A stretch of DNA of 64,000 nt from Patescibacteria group bacterium (GCA_023379265.1 JAMCUI010000009.1:100091-164090), one strand, 5' to 3'; shown: positions 18,796 through 27,805, counted from the stretch's first letter. Numbers and translations are program-made. The notes: generated by a model not told the origin, from the sequence alone.

Positions 18796-20076
18796 ATGCC
18801 TGCTCTTACTTCTTTTATTAAGGAAACATTTTCCTCACTAGAGGTTCGCAATTACCGACTTTATTTTATCGGTCAGGCAATCTCAGTTTCGGGCACTTTC
18901 ATGCAGTCGGTAGCCCAGGCATGGCTTGTCCTCAAAATTACTAATTCCGGTACGGCGCTTGGTCTGGTCACCGCTTTGCAGTTTTTACCGATTCTCATAT
19001 TCGGGCCATGGGGAGGGGTGGTAGCTGACCGGTACGATAAACGTAAGCTGCTTCTTATTACACAAATAATTTTCGGCGTACAGGCTTTGATTTTGGGATT
19101 TCTGGTAATTACCGGATTAGTACAGCTGTGGATGGTAGGGGTTTTGGCGTTTATTTACGGAATAATAAACGTTGTCGACAATCCGGTACGCCAGACGTTT
19201 GTTCCGGAGATGGTAGGCAATGAAAGGCTCAGGAATGCTGTTACACTTTACAGCAGTCTGGTGAATCTGGCGCGGGTGATCGGACCTATTTTAGCCGCGG
19301 TATTTATTGCAAGCGTGGGGCTGGGTATGTGCTTTATCATAAACGGTATTTCCTACACGGCCATTATCATATTTTTGCTTGCCATGGATGTGACGAAACT
19401 TCATGTTACCAACCAGTTGGTAAAGAAAGGCGGCCAGATGATTGAAGGATTGCGTTATATCTTAAAAACAGCGCATCTTAGGAATACTCTTTTGATGATG
19501 GCGCTGATCGGTACGTTGACATATGAATTCCAGGTGAGTCTGCCTCTTTTGGCTGAGTTTACTTTTCATGGGGATGCGGGAACATACGCATTTCTCATGT
19601 CCGCACAGGGAGTAGGCTCAATTATCGGCGGGGTGCTTTTGGCCGGGCAAAAAAATATATCCGTCAAAGCCCTGACTTTTGCAGCTCTTTTTTTTGGTGT
19701 TTCCACACTCTTTGCGTCATTTATGCCGGGATTAGTATTGACGGCTATTTTTATTTTCATAGTTGGTTTCTTTTCCATTTACTTCCTGTCCCTGGGAAAT
19801 ACAATTCTCCAATTGGGAAGCGATCCGGCGATGAGAGGCAGGGTGATGGCATACTGGTCGATGGCCTTTTTGGGCTCGACAGCCATAGGCGGACCCATTG
19901 TTGGCTGGGTAGGAGAGTATGCAGGTCCCCGTTGGGGATTGGGGATTGGGGGACTGGCAGCAATTGCCGCATCATTTATAGGATTTATTGCCATAAAAGA
20001 TATGCACAGAAAAATATCGGAAGAAGCTATGACTCAGGCTGAATTGGCAGAAGGGGAAGAGAAAAGAGTCATGTGA
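18796..20076 (+). CDS. MFS transporter, MFS_3/EntS-like family (paralog of 7627..8925)
   Basis: 426 aa. ...FMQSVAQAWLVLKITNSG...GGVVADRYDKRKL... Confidence 0.8.
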   Translation: MPALTSFIKETFSSLEVRNYRLYFIGQAISVSGTFMQSVAQAWLVLKITNSGTALGLVTALQFLPILIFGPWGGVVADRYDKRKLLLITQIIFGVQALILGFLVITGLVQLWMVGVLAFIYGIINVVDNPVRQTFVPEMVGNERLRNAVTLYSSLVNLARVIGPILAAVFIASVGLGMCFIINGISYTAIIIFLLAMDVTKLHVTNQLVKKGGQMIEGLRYILKTAHLRNTLLMMALIGTLTYEFQVSLPLLAEFTFHGDAGTYAFLMSAQGVGSIIGGVLLAGQKNISVKALTFAALFFGVSTLFASFMPGLVLTAIFIFIVGFFSIYFLSLGNTILQLGSDPAMRGRVMAYWSMAFLGSTAIGGPIVGWVGEYAGPRWGLGIGGLAAIAASFIGFIAIKDMHRKISEEAMTQAELAEGEEKRVM

Positions 20077-20137
20077 ACAGAGTATAATATCCTAGATATG
20101 GAACTTTATAAATTTGATATGATAAATTATCCCGATT

Positions 20138-20326
20138 ATGCCTGATGAAGAATTCAGCCACACTGTATCAGAGGCTTTCCAAAAAGGAAAAAAAGATCCG
20201 TATTCAGGGTTGCGTAAACGGATAACAGAAGAAGGAGCAAAACTCTGGCTGGATACTCTAAACAAACAAAAAGCAGGGGAGATTCCTCCGAACCGATATG
20301 GACCGGATCCGAAAAAAGTAAAATGA
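20138..20326 (+). CDS. Small basic hypothetical protein (62 aa)
   Basis: Open frame only. No recognisable motif. Confidence 0.25.
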   Translation: MPDEEFSHTVSEAFQKGKKDPYSGLRKRITEEGAKLWLDTLNKQKAGEIPPNRYGPDPKKVK

Positions 20327-20356
20327 CTCCATCCACTACTTTGGTATAATTAGACT

Positions 20357-21226
20357 GTGAATTATTCTCCAAAAGAAAATAATACTTTTAGGTTGCGCGA
20401 TGGCAGGGTATTGGGATATGCACAGTATGGGGATCCGAAGGGGAAACCTGTTTTCTTCTTTCATGGTTGGCCAGGATCCCGTTTCTCAGGAAAAGAAACA
20501 GATGATGCTGGGAAAAAAATCGGCGCAAGAATTATTTCCACTGACAGGCCTGGAATAGGGTTATCTACTTACAAAAAAGACAGGAAACTACTGGACTGGC
20601 CGGATGATGTAGTAGAGTTAGCAGATCACATGAAAATAAAAAAGTTTTCCCTGGTGGGAGTCTCAGGCGGCGGACCTTATGTTGCCGTATGTGCATATAA
20701 AATTCCAGAAAGGATAATAAAAGCAGGAATTGTGGTGGGGTTGGCACCGGTGGATGTGAAGGGAAATCTTGACGGGATGGCTTTACAAAGCCAGTTAGGG
20801 TTTGGTAACTATCATAAGTTTCCTCTTCTTCGTACTCTGGCTGCATTTGGGGCGGCGCTACAGTTTGCATATTTTCCTCTTCTTGGACAATTAGCTTTTC
20901 CTACCAAAGAAGACAAACAGTTATTTAACAAGTCTGTCAGAGAGGGAAGAGGAGAAGGAGACGGGATAAAAGGAGCATTCCGTCAGGGCATAAGAGGCCC
21001 GGAACTGGAGCTGAAAATATATACTGATGATTGGGGATTTAAAGTAAAGGATATAAAAGCAAAAGTCTATCTCTGGTATGGAGCGAAAGACAAATGCGTC
21101 TCCATAAATATGGGCAAGTATTACAATTTACATATAAAAGGAAGTAAGTTATTTATAGATCCTGATGGAGTACATCTGTCCAGGTATAAATTTGAAGAAA
21201 AAATACTGAAAAAGTTGATTGATTAA
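20357..21226 (+). CDS. Alpha/beta-hydrolase fold protein
   Basis: HGWPGS oxyanion region. Nucleophile elbow GVSGGG. The GTG start lies about 6 nt after a TATAAT, so likely leaderless. Confidence 0.7.
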   Translation: MNYSPKENNTFRLRDGRVLGYAQYGDPKGKPVFFFHGWPGSRFSGKETDDAGKKIGARIISTDRPGIGLSTYKKDRKLLDWPDDVVELADHMKIKKFSLVGVSGGGPYVAVCAYKIPERIIKAGIVVGLAPVDVKGNLDGMALQSQLGFGNYHKFPLLRTLAAFGAALQFAYFPLLGQLAFPTKEDKQLFNKSVREGRGEGDGIKGAFRQGIRGPELELKIYTDDWGFKVKDIKAKVYLWYGAKDKCVSINMGKYYNLHIKGSKLFIDPDGVHLSRYKFEEKILKKLID

Positions 21227-21768
21227 TTTTGTTTTCCTTCAATAAGAAAAAGAAGTTTTTTGACTGTGTTGAAATTTCTGATAGTGATTTTTTTGTAAAT
21301 TTTTTTACTGACGAGCTTTGAGAAGCCGCTTTTTGTTATACCTTCTAGTTTTGTCGTCATATAAAGTACTCCCTCGCTGGTTTTGAGAAAATCCACTCCT
21401 TCTTTTAACGTAATTTCCTTCTCCACATCTTTTTCAGATGTTGGTTCTTTGACAAAAGCGATGTAACAACGTATACCGTTTGTCTTTTTCCAATCAGTTG
21501 GTACGTTATTTACGATTTCCTTCAGTTGTAAATGACTTTTGACGACAACAGATACAGGAATATTAAATGAAAGGATAAGTTCTTTTTCAATCTTTTGTAC
21601 AATCGTTGTTATATTTTTTTCCTTCGAGTCGAAAATGATATTACCGCTTTGGATATAAGTACTTACATTTTGAAATCCTGCTTTTTCCATAACAGCTTTA
21701 AGAATGGGCATTCTGATAATGCTTTTTCCACCGACATTTATTCCCCGAAGAAGTGCAATATATCTCAC
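21223..21768 (-). CDS. DUF1697-family protein
   Basis: ...YIALLRGINVGGKSIIRMPILKAVMEKAGFQNVSTYIQSGNIIFDS... The ORF track extends the N-terminus to 21951, overlapping the upstream gene by 145 nt. An in-frame GTG at 21768 is the more plausible start. Confidence 0.55.
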   Translation of the reverse strand: MRYIALLRGINVGGKSIIRMPILKAVMEKAGFQNVSTYIQSGNIIFDSKEKNITTIVQKIEKELILSFNIPVSVVVKSHLQLKEIVNNVPTDWKKTNGIRCYIAFVKEPTSEKDVEKEITLKEGVDFLKTSEGVLYMTTKLEGITKSGFSKLVSKKIYKKITIRNFNTVKKLLFLIEGKQN

Positions 21769-21805
21769 AAATTTGTGTTTATAGTGAATATTATTTTTAG
21801 AAGAT

Positions 21806-22219
21806 TTATTTGTTTTTATATACTCCCCAGCCAAATGCGAGGAGTGTGATGATAAAACAAACAGCCATGATAAATGAATAAGTATCAGACTGTGAAGGCA
21901 CAAATACTGCTCCGGCGACTTCCGCAATAAGTATAGCCAATGTTCCCACAACCGATACTTTTATCCAATTCGCATCTTTATATCTGACTGATCTAACTAC
22001 CAGAACCGTCAAGCCCAAAAGCAGACCGGTTCCTACAAGAATATGCAATGCCAAAGGCGGTTGACTCCAAGCAAATTCCCACATTTGTCTTTCGCCTGTA
22101 TTCTGAGGGAATTGAACAAACAGGTTGGTAAACATACCGAGGAGATACTGAATGACAAGAAAGACGATAAGGAAAACGTCATGCGGTATAAGCTTATTTT
22201 TCTCTTTAATATATTTCAT
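21806..22219 (-). CDS. Small integral membrane protein (4 TM), function unknown
   Basis: 137 aa with four hydrophobic helices. Confidence 0.4.
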   Translation of the reverse strand: MKYIKEKNKLIPHDVFLIVFLVIQYLLGMFTNLFVQFPQNTGERQMWEFAWSQPPLALHILVGTGLLLGLTVLVVRSVRYKDANWIKVSVVGTLAILIAEVAGAVFVPSQSDTYSFIMAVCFIITLLAFGWGVYKNK

Positions 22220-22314
22220 TATACTAAATTATTGTGAAATAATTCACAATTTTACATAAATAAGATCCGATTTTAAGACCAATTTTATTTATCCTATAGC
22301 TTTTTGGCGCTGAA

Positions 22315-23451
22315 ATGATACACTTAGGAGACTATATGCGGGAATTTACCCATCAATCTAGATTTATGCTCACAGGTCTTGTTCCCAAAGGGACAGATGA
22401 TGAATCGCTCATTGCTGGGATGGAGGAACTTGAATCTCTCATAAAAACATACGGAGGCTTGGTTTGTGCCGCAACAGTACAGAAAGCGGATTATCCACAT
22501 AGGGAGACTTTTGTCGGGGCAGGAAAAGCGCAAGAAATAGCAGATACTATTGCGGCTGAAAGGATAGATGTAGTTGTCATAAATAATATAGTTAAACCAG
22601 GGCAGCTTTATACTCTTGAAAAGATTTTTTATCGGTCAAATCCAAATATAAAGGTATGGGATAGGGTAAACCTTATACTGCAGATTTTTTCTCTTCACGC
22701 GCGTACAAAGGAAGCAAAACTTCAGATAGATCTGGCAAACCTGAGACATATGGGTTCGCGACTCTTTGGCATGGGTTATATTTTGTCCCGGCAGGGAGGA
22801 GGAATAGGTACAGTGGGGGTGGGAGAAACCAATACCGAGCTTATGAAACGCCATTGGAGAAATGAAATGAGAAATATCGGAAAAGAATTGTCAAAGCTTT
22901 CTAAAGGTCGGGAAAACCAGATAGAAAAAAGGAAGAGGGCAGGGTATCTCACAGCTGCCATTGTCGGTTATACCAATGCAGGCAAAACAATGCTTTTCAA
23001 CAGGCTGACTGGTAAAGTTAATCTGGTTGCGGACGCGCTTTTTGCCACACTGGACAGCAGTGTTGGTAAGATGGTTATTCCAGGCATCAGAGATGATGTC
23101 ATAGTTTCAGATACCATAGGATTTATAAGGAATTTACCTACAGGGTTGGTGGACGCCTTCAAGTCTACGCTTTTAGAATCCATCCATGCAGACCTGCTTT
23201 TAATAGTTGTTGACAGTTCGGATCCAGAGTACGGAGATAAAGTCCGGACTGTTGATAACGTTCTCTTGGAATTAGGACTTGATGAGAAGAAGAGGTTTTA
23301 TGTTTTCAATAAAATAGATAAAGTAGTCGCACCGGAAAAGGTCGGTTCGGCAAAGCAATACGCTCCTATGCCTGCTGTTTTCATCTCGGCAAAAACAGGT
23401 CAGGGGATGGAAGGGCTTACCAAACTCATTTTACAAAGTTTGCATGGATAG
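22315..23451 (+). CDS. hflX: GTPase HflX
   Basis: N-terminal HflX domain (...RQGGGIGTVGVGETNTEL...). G1 GYTNAGKT, G3 DTIGF, G4 NKID. Confidence 0.85.
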   Translation: MIHLGDYMREFTHQSRFMLTGLVPKGTDDESLIAGMEELESLIKTYGGLVCAATVQKADYPHRETFVGAGKAQEIADTIAAERIDVVVINNIVKPGQLYTLEKIFYRSNPNIKVWDRVNLILQIFSLHARTKEAKLQIDLANLRHMGSRLFGMGYILSRQGGGIGTVGVGETNTELMKRHWRNEMRNIGKELSKLSKGRENQIEKRKRAGYLTAAIVGYTNAGKTMLFNRLTGKVNLVADALFATLDSSVGKMVIPGIRDDVIVSDTIGFIRNLPTGLVDAFKSTLLESIHADLLLIVVDSSDPEYGDKVRTVDNVLLELGLDEKKRFYVFNKIDKVVAPEKVGSAKQYAPMPAVFISAKTGQGMEGLTKLILQSLHG

Positions 23452-23688
23452 GAATAGGGAAACCCTGCTGGAAAAAATCTGGTCGTATGTCTCCTGAAGA
23501 TTAAAATTAGTTTATGTAATTGACTTTACCCGGATTTACTGTTAAGGTAGCTTACGATGTCTTTTAAAAAACATGGTACCAGGAAGAAACCGCATTCATT
23601 TCTTATAAGAAAAAAAATCCATGGACGGGTGAAAGCTCTTCTTCGGAAAAGAAGAGTCAGATAGCCTTACATATATCCTATAGTCATA

Positions 23689-23718
23689 TTGACTTCATCT
23701 TCGGGTTAGTGTATAATA
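23689..23718 (+). promoter_or_regulatory. Sigma-70-type promoter (TTGACT-18-TATAAT) driving the DEAD-box helicase leader
   Basis: TTGACT at 23689-23694 and TATAAT at 23713-23718. The conserved leader element begins 12 nt downstream. Confidence 0.5.
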
Positions 23719-23729
23719 TATTCATCGGT

Positions 23730-23852
23730 AAACAGATTTAATCAATAAATCTGTTTAGATCAGATTTTGTTTTAAGCAGTTCTATAGATAAAGATACCCT
23801 AACTTTTTTTCCGTATCTTTTCCCCTTCTTAACTCACTTCTCATTTAGACAG
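23730..23852 (+). promoter_or_regulatory. Conserved ~125-nt leader element, copy A (two conserved hairpins plus conserved 3' block), at the start of a ~340-nt 5' leader
   Basis: Hairpin 1 AAACAGATTT-aatcaat-AAATCTGTTT (23730-23756). Hairpin 2 AAAGATAC-n15-GTATCTTT (23790-23820). Shared blocks CTGTTTAGATCAGAtTTTGTTTTAAGCA and TCATTTAGACAG. Second copy at 42498-42627. Confidence 0.55.
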
Positions 23853-24067
23853 TTTTCTTGGTTTAACCCGCTTTAGCGAAATTCCCCGACCCGCTTCGTC
23901 CAACCTTAAGCGAGGCAAGTCGTAAGATCGAGGGATGCAGAGACCTTTTTTCGCTTCGGCGAGGTTTACACTCTGATGAAGCGCGTTATTAAGATTACCA
24001 GACCGTTAGGTTGTGGGAGCTTCAACTGTTCCGGTGAATTACTGTTTCAGATTAATTAGAAGGAAAA

Positions 24068-25369
24068 ATGTATAAACATAATTTCCAAAAGAGATACGGC
24101 AGGTTAGGTTTTGGCGGATTCCACCGCAGACACGGTTTTAACCGACGCGGAAGTAGCGCCGGTCGAAGGATAAATGCCGTAAGCCGCAGGTCAGATATTG
24201 GCCCATCGGTGTATATAAGAAAGCGAAATAATACAGGTCTAAGGGAAAATGCCGTAAGCCGCAGAACTATTGTTGATCCCTCAAGATACATCAGTAGTGA
24301 AAATACCCAGCCTATCCAGGAAAAATATACTTCACAGCACAGTTTTGATGATTTTCCTATAGACAACAGGTTAATACAAAATATATATGCCCGCGGTTAT
24401 GAAAAGCCAACACCAATTCAGGATCAGGCGATTTTTCCCATACTGGAAGGAAGAGATGTAGTTGGTATTGCCAATACTGGCACCGGCAAAACAGCAGCAT
24501 TTCTCATCCCGGTCATAAACAAGATTTTGAATGAAAGCGCAAATAAGGTACTTATCGTCATCCCTACAAGGGAGCTGGCAGTACAGATAGATGATGAGTT
24601 CCGGGCGATATCAAAAGGTTTAGCTATCACATCACTTCTTTGTATCGGGGGAGTCAGCATCAATCGTCAGATTTTCAGCCTACAGCAAAATCCCAGTATT
24701 ATAATAGGTACTCCAGGCAGGCTAAAGGATCTTTCCCAGAGGAGATTTCTGGACCTTTCTAATTTCAAGACTATTATACTTGATGAGGTCGACAGGATGG
24801 TGGATATAGGCTTTATACAGGATATAAAGTATATTGTTTCCCTCCTTTCACGACCGCGGCAGTCACTTTTCTTTTCCGCGACAATCTCTCCCGACGTTGG
24901 TAGTATTATACAGTCGTTTCTTACAAATCCTGTCACGATAAAAGTAAAAGTGCAAGAAACTTTGCCCCAGATAGAACAGGATGTGATAAGGGTAAGGGAT
25001 AAGAATGAAAAGCTTCAGAAATTGGACGAAATGCTTCGTCAGGAGGAGTTCAAAAAAGTGCTTATATTCGGTAGGACCAAGTGGGGAGTGGAAAGACTGT
25101 CTAGGTCGCTGCAACAGAAAGGCTTCAATGCAGCATCCATTCACGGGAATAAGTCACTAAATCAGCGTCTGCGGGTACTAACGCAGTTTAAGCTGAACCA
25201 GCTGCATATTCTGGTGGCAACAGATGTAGCGGCAAGAGGACTTGACATAGAGAATGTGTCACATGTGATAAATTTTGACGAGCCTTCTTCTTATACAGAT
25301 TATGTGCATAGGATTGGCAGAACCGGTAGGGCGCAGAAATCTGGGAAGGCGCTGACGTTTGTGGGTTAG
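24068..25369 (+). CDS. DEAD-box ATP-dependent RNA helicase with Arg-rich N-terminal extension
   Basis: Q-motif ...YEKPTPIQ. Motif I ANTGTGKT, Ia PTRELA, II DEVD, III SAT, VI HRIGRTGRAQ. The ~100-aa N-terminal R-rich extension contains a 25-aa tandem repeat. Confidence 0.9.
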   Translation: MYKHNFQKRYGRLGFGGFHRRHGFNRRGSSAGRRINAVSRRSDIGPSVYIRKRNNTGLRENAVSRRTIVDPSRYISSENTQPIQEKYTSQHSFDDFPIDNRLIQNIYARGYEKPTPIQDQAIFPILEGRDVVGIANTGTGKTAAFLIPVINKILNESANKVLIVIPTRELAVQIDDEFRAISKGLAITSLLCIGGVSINRQIFSLQQNPSIIIGTPGRLKDLSQRRFLDLSNFKTIILDEVDRMVDIGFIQDIKYIVSLLSRPRQSLFFSATISPDVGSIIQSFLTNPVTIKVKVQETLPQIEQDVIRVRDKNEKLQKLDEMLRQEEFKKVLIFGRTKWGVERLSRSLQQKGFNAASIHGNKSLNQRLRVLTQFKLNQLHILVATDVAARGLDIENVSHVINFDEPSSYTDYVHRIGRTGRAQKSGKALTFVG

Positions 25370-25449
25370 ATAGAAGAAGCTTTTCAAATTGAATCCGTTT
25401 ATTATCAGTATTTGTTGACGGCTTCCAGGTAGGAATTTCAAAATAGTTC

Positions 25450-26445
25450 TTGACCAGATTTTTCCTTATGAATACTGCTTTTCATTTTCAAGACGAGTCA
25501 TTATGGGAAGAATTTGCTGCACTGAAAAAATCCGCAGACATAAAAAGGAACGATGCTCTTAAAAAAAGAATTACCTATCAGCCCCGCGCTACGGATTTGG
25601 AGTTTTTACTTGGTGCATTTATGGAGATGTATGAGTTTCATTTGCACGGTATAATCCATAAACTTATTGCAAAGGGATATGCAGTTGATGCTTCATCCGG
25701 CTTCGGCGGAAAAAATTCTGAATTCCAGATGTTAACAGGAGAGTTTTCTATAGATTTTGTCACCAAAAATAAGCTGGAAAAGATGGGTGTGAAATTCCGG
25801 GAGTTTAACGGCATGAAATCGCTTGTCTTTTGGCCTCAGAAAGCGACGATTGATGATATAAAGGGAGACTGGATGAAGGTCGTAAATGCGCTTCCAGATA
25901 AAGGGAAATTGGTTTTCCCGTCTTCAAGCGCTGAGGCCGTTTCTTTCCGGAGAAAATATGTTCCCAAGGATTCAAATCTGCAGAAAGAAAGACTTTTTGA
26001 GAAATTAAAGTTCAGTATTCAGCAAAGAGTATATTCCGAGACTAAAAAGAGGCAAAAGGAAAGCCCGCGTCCCGATAAAATAGAAATAATGCTTGGCTTT
26101 TTTATAGAGGAGATAGAACCTCAGGTAAGGCAGGCGGTTATTAGCATGAATAAAAAGGGTTATTCTACTGACAGATCAGGATTTTCTGATAATCCGTGTG
26201 AACAAATAGTGGAAGGTGATTTTCGAGTTGGTGAAGAAACAGTAAAAATGTTGGAGGATGTAGGAGTACAATTGGAAACAAATCCCAGCGGTTACACCAG
26301 AATGAAATTCTTACCGTTGGAGGCGGATATACCCAAAATCAAGAAGCAATGGGATAAAATAGTTTCTCTATTACCGAATAAAAATCAGACTGCATCATTC
26401 TCCATGACCAGAAAAGCCAGGGAATTCAGGTTGTCATATCAGTGA
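25450..26445 (+). CDS. Hypothetical cytoplasmic protein composed of two homologous ~140-aa repeats
   Basis: Internal duplication visible by eye: KGYAVDASSGFGG...MKSLVFWPQKATIDDIKGDWMKVVNALPDK versus KGYSTDRSGFSDN...TRMKFLPLEADIPKIKKQWDKIVSLLPNK. Confidence 0.5.
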   Translation: MTRFFLMNTAFHFQDESLWEEFAALKKSADIKRNDALKKRITYQPRATDLEFLLGAFMEMYEFHLHGIIHKLIAKGYAVDASSGFGGKNSEFQMLTGEFSIDFVTKNKLEKMGVKFREFNGMKSLVFWPQKATIDDIKGDWMKVVNALPDKGKLVFPSSSAEAVSFRRKYVPKDSNLQKERLFEKLKFSIQQRVYSETKKRQKESPRPDKIEIMLGFFIEEIEPQVRQAVISMNKKGYSTDRSGFSDNPCEQIVEGDFRVGEETVKMLEDVGVQLETNPSGYTRMKFLPLEADIPKIKKQWDKIVSLLPNKNQTASFSMTRKAREFRLSYQ

Positions 26446-26638
26446 ATATTATAGTGTGAGGTTTAATAAAGTAGATATAAGTTTAGTTTGTGGTGGATTT
26501 TCCCTATTTTCCGTAACGGATAATTTTCACTTTTTCCTCATCAACTGACGATATTATAATCGGTTTTGAGGCATTTAGCCATACCGTGATAGTTTGCTAT
26601 ACTTATGAAATGGTCAGCCGCAAGTAACCAAATAGAAT

Positions 26639-27805
26639 ATGGAAAAAAAGGATAATCAACTGGACAATTATTCGCTTAAAGAACTTATTTTGTATTTCTT
26701 CAAGATAGGCATGATAGGTTTCGGGGGTTCTGTAGCTTTGGCTAGAATGATGCAAGATGATTTGGTTAAAAAGAAAAGATGGATAAGCGAAAGAAGATAT
26801 TTGCGCGGTCTAGCGCTATCACAGCTGGCTCCTGGTCCGCTTTCAACCCAATTGGCTATATACATTGGATATAGAAAAGGGAAAGTAAAAGGGGCGACGC
26901 TAGCAGGGATATTTTTTATGTTACCCTCATTTCTTATAGTGCTTCTTATCAGTTATTTCTATTCATTTTCAAAAAATATTAGCTTTATTCAAGCAATGCT
27001 TTATGGTTTTGGAGCATCGATAATTGGTATTGTGGCATCTTCCACAATAAATCTGTCCCGTCCGATCGTAAAAAAAAGATTTTCATGGCTGATAGTTCTT
27101 GTCATGTTTATATTGACAGGTATCACAAAACAGGAAAATGTATTTTATTTTCTTCTGGCTGGAATTGCAACGATATTGATTTATGCACCTTCGGATAAAT
27201 TTTCCCTGAAGAAACTACAGATGGTAATTCCGAGTATTTCGTTATTTTCTTACAACAATGTTAATAACATAAAGACGTTACTTCTCGTAGCGCTTTTTTT
27301 CCTGCAGGTTGGTACACTTGCCTTTGGTGGTGGATATGCCATTTTGCCACTTCTTGAGACAGGCGCAGTCAATCATTACCACTGGATTACCAATAAGGAA
27401 TTTCTGGATGCAGTGGCTGTAGCCATGATTACGCCGGGTCCGACGGTTATTGCTGCAACTTTTATCGGTTATCTCACGGCTGGATTTTTTGGAGCTTTGA
27501 TAGCAACAGTGGCTATCCTTTTACCAATATATCTTATCGTTATCATATTGTCTCCATTTTTCGACCGTCATTCAGAAAATCCTCAGCTTTCTGCTTTTGT
27601 GGAAGGGGTGACCGCGGCAGCAATTGGAGCTATAGCCGGTTCAGTGTTGCTTTTGGGAAAGGATTCAATTGTTGACCAAGCAACAATAGTTATTGCGGCA
27701 GTATCATTTATTCTTACGCAGCGTTTTAAGGTTCCTGAGATAATTACTGTTCTACTTTCAGGGTTTGTAGGATTACTTTTTTATCATTCACATTTCCGTT
27801 TGTAA
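26639..27805 (+). CDS. chrA: Chromate transporter ChrA (fused two-domain CHR family)
   Basis: Both CHR halves present: ...GMIGFGGSVALARMM...QLAPGPLSTQLAIYIGY... and ...LAFGGGYAILPLLE...MITPGPTVIAATFIGY... Confidence 0.85.
   Translation: MEKKDNQLDNYSLKELILYFFKIGMIGFGGSVALARMMQDDLVKKKRWISERRYLRGLALSQLAPGPLSTQLAIYIGYRKGKVKGATLAGIFFMLPSFLIVLLISYFYSFSKNISFIQAMLYGFGASIIGIVASSTINLSRPIVKKRFSWLIVLVMFILTGITKQENVFYFLLAGIATILIYAPSDKFSLKKLQMVIPSISLFSYNNVNNIKTLLLVALFFLQVGTLAFGGGYAILPLLETGAVNHYHWITNKEFLDAVAVAMITPGPTVIAATFIGYLTAGFFGALIATVAILLPIYLIVIILSPFFDRHSENPQLSAFVEGVTAAAIGAIAGSVLLLGKDSIVDQATIVIAAVSFILTQRFKVPEIITVLLSGFVGLLFYHSHFRL

Noticed and set aside
21769-21951. N-terminal 61 codons of the ORF-track version of the DUF1697 gene
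   Set aside because: They would overlap the upstream membrane-protein gene by 145 nt. The DUF1697 homology begins at ...YIALLRGINVGG, and an in-frame GTG at 21768 gives a non-overlapping gene.
23730-23852. Alternative reading of the repeated leader element as a miniature transposable element (MITE)
   Set aside because: The copies do not end in terminal inverted repeats. No target-site duplications are visible. Both are in the same orientation and at the same distance (9-12 nt) from a promoter -10, upstream of functionally related genes. This fits a regulatory leader better than a mobile element, but it remains to be tested.
24052-24366. 104-aa minus-strand ORF
   Set aside because: Antisense to the repeat-containing N-terminal region of the DEAD-box helicase. 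Its internal repeat is just the mirror of the sense-strand 18-nt repeat.
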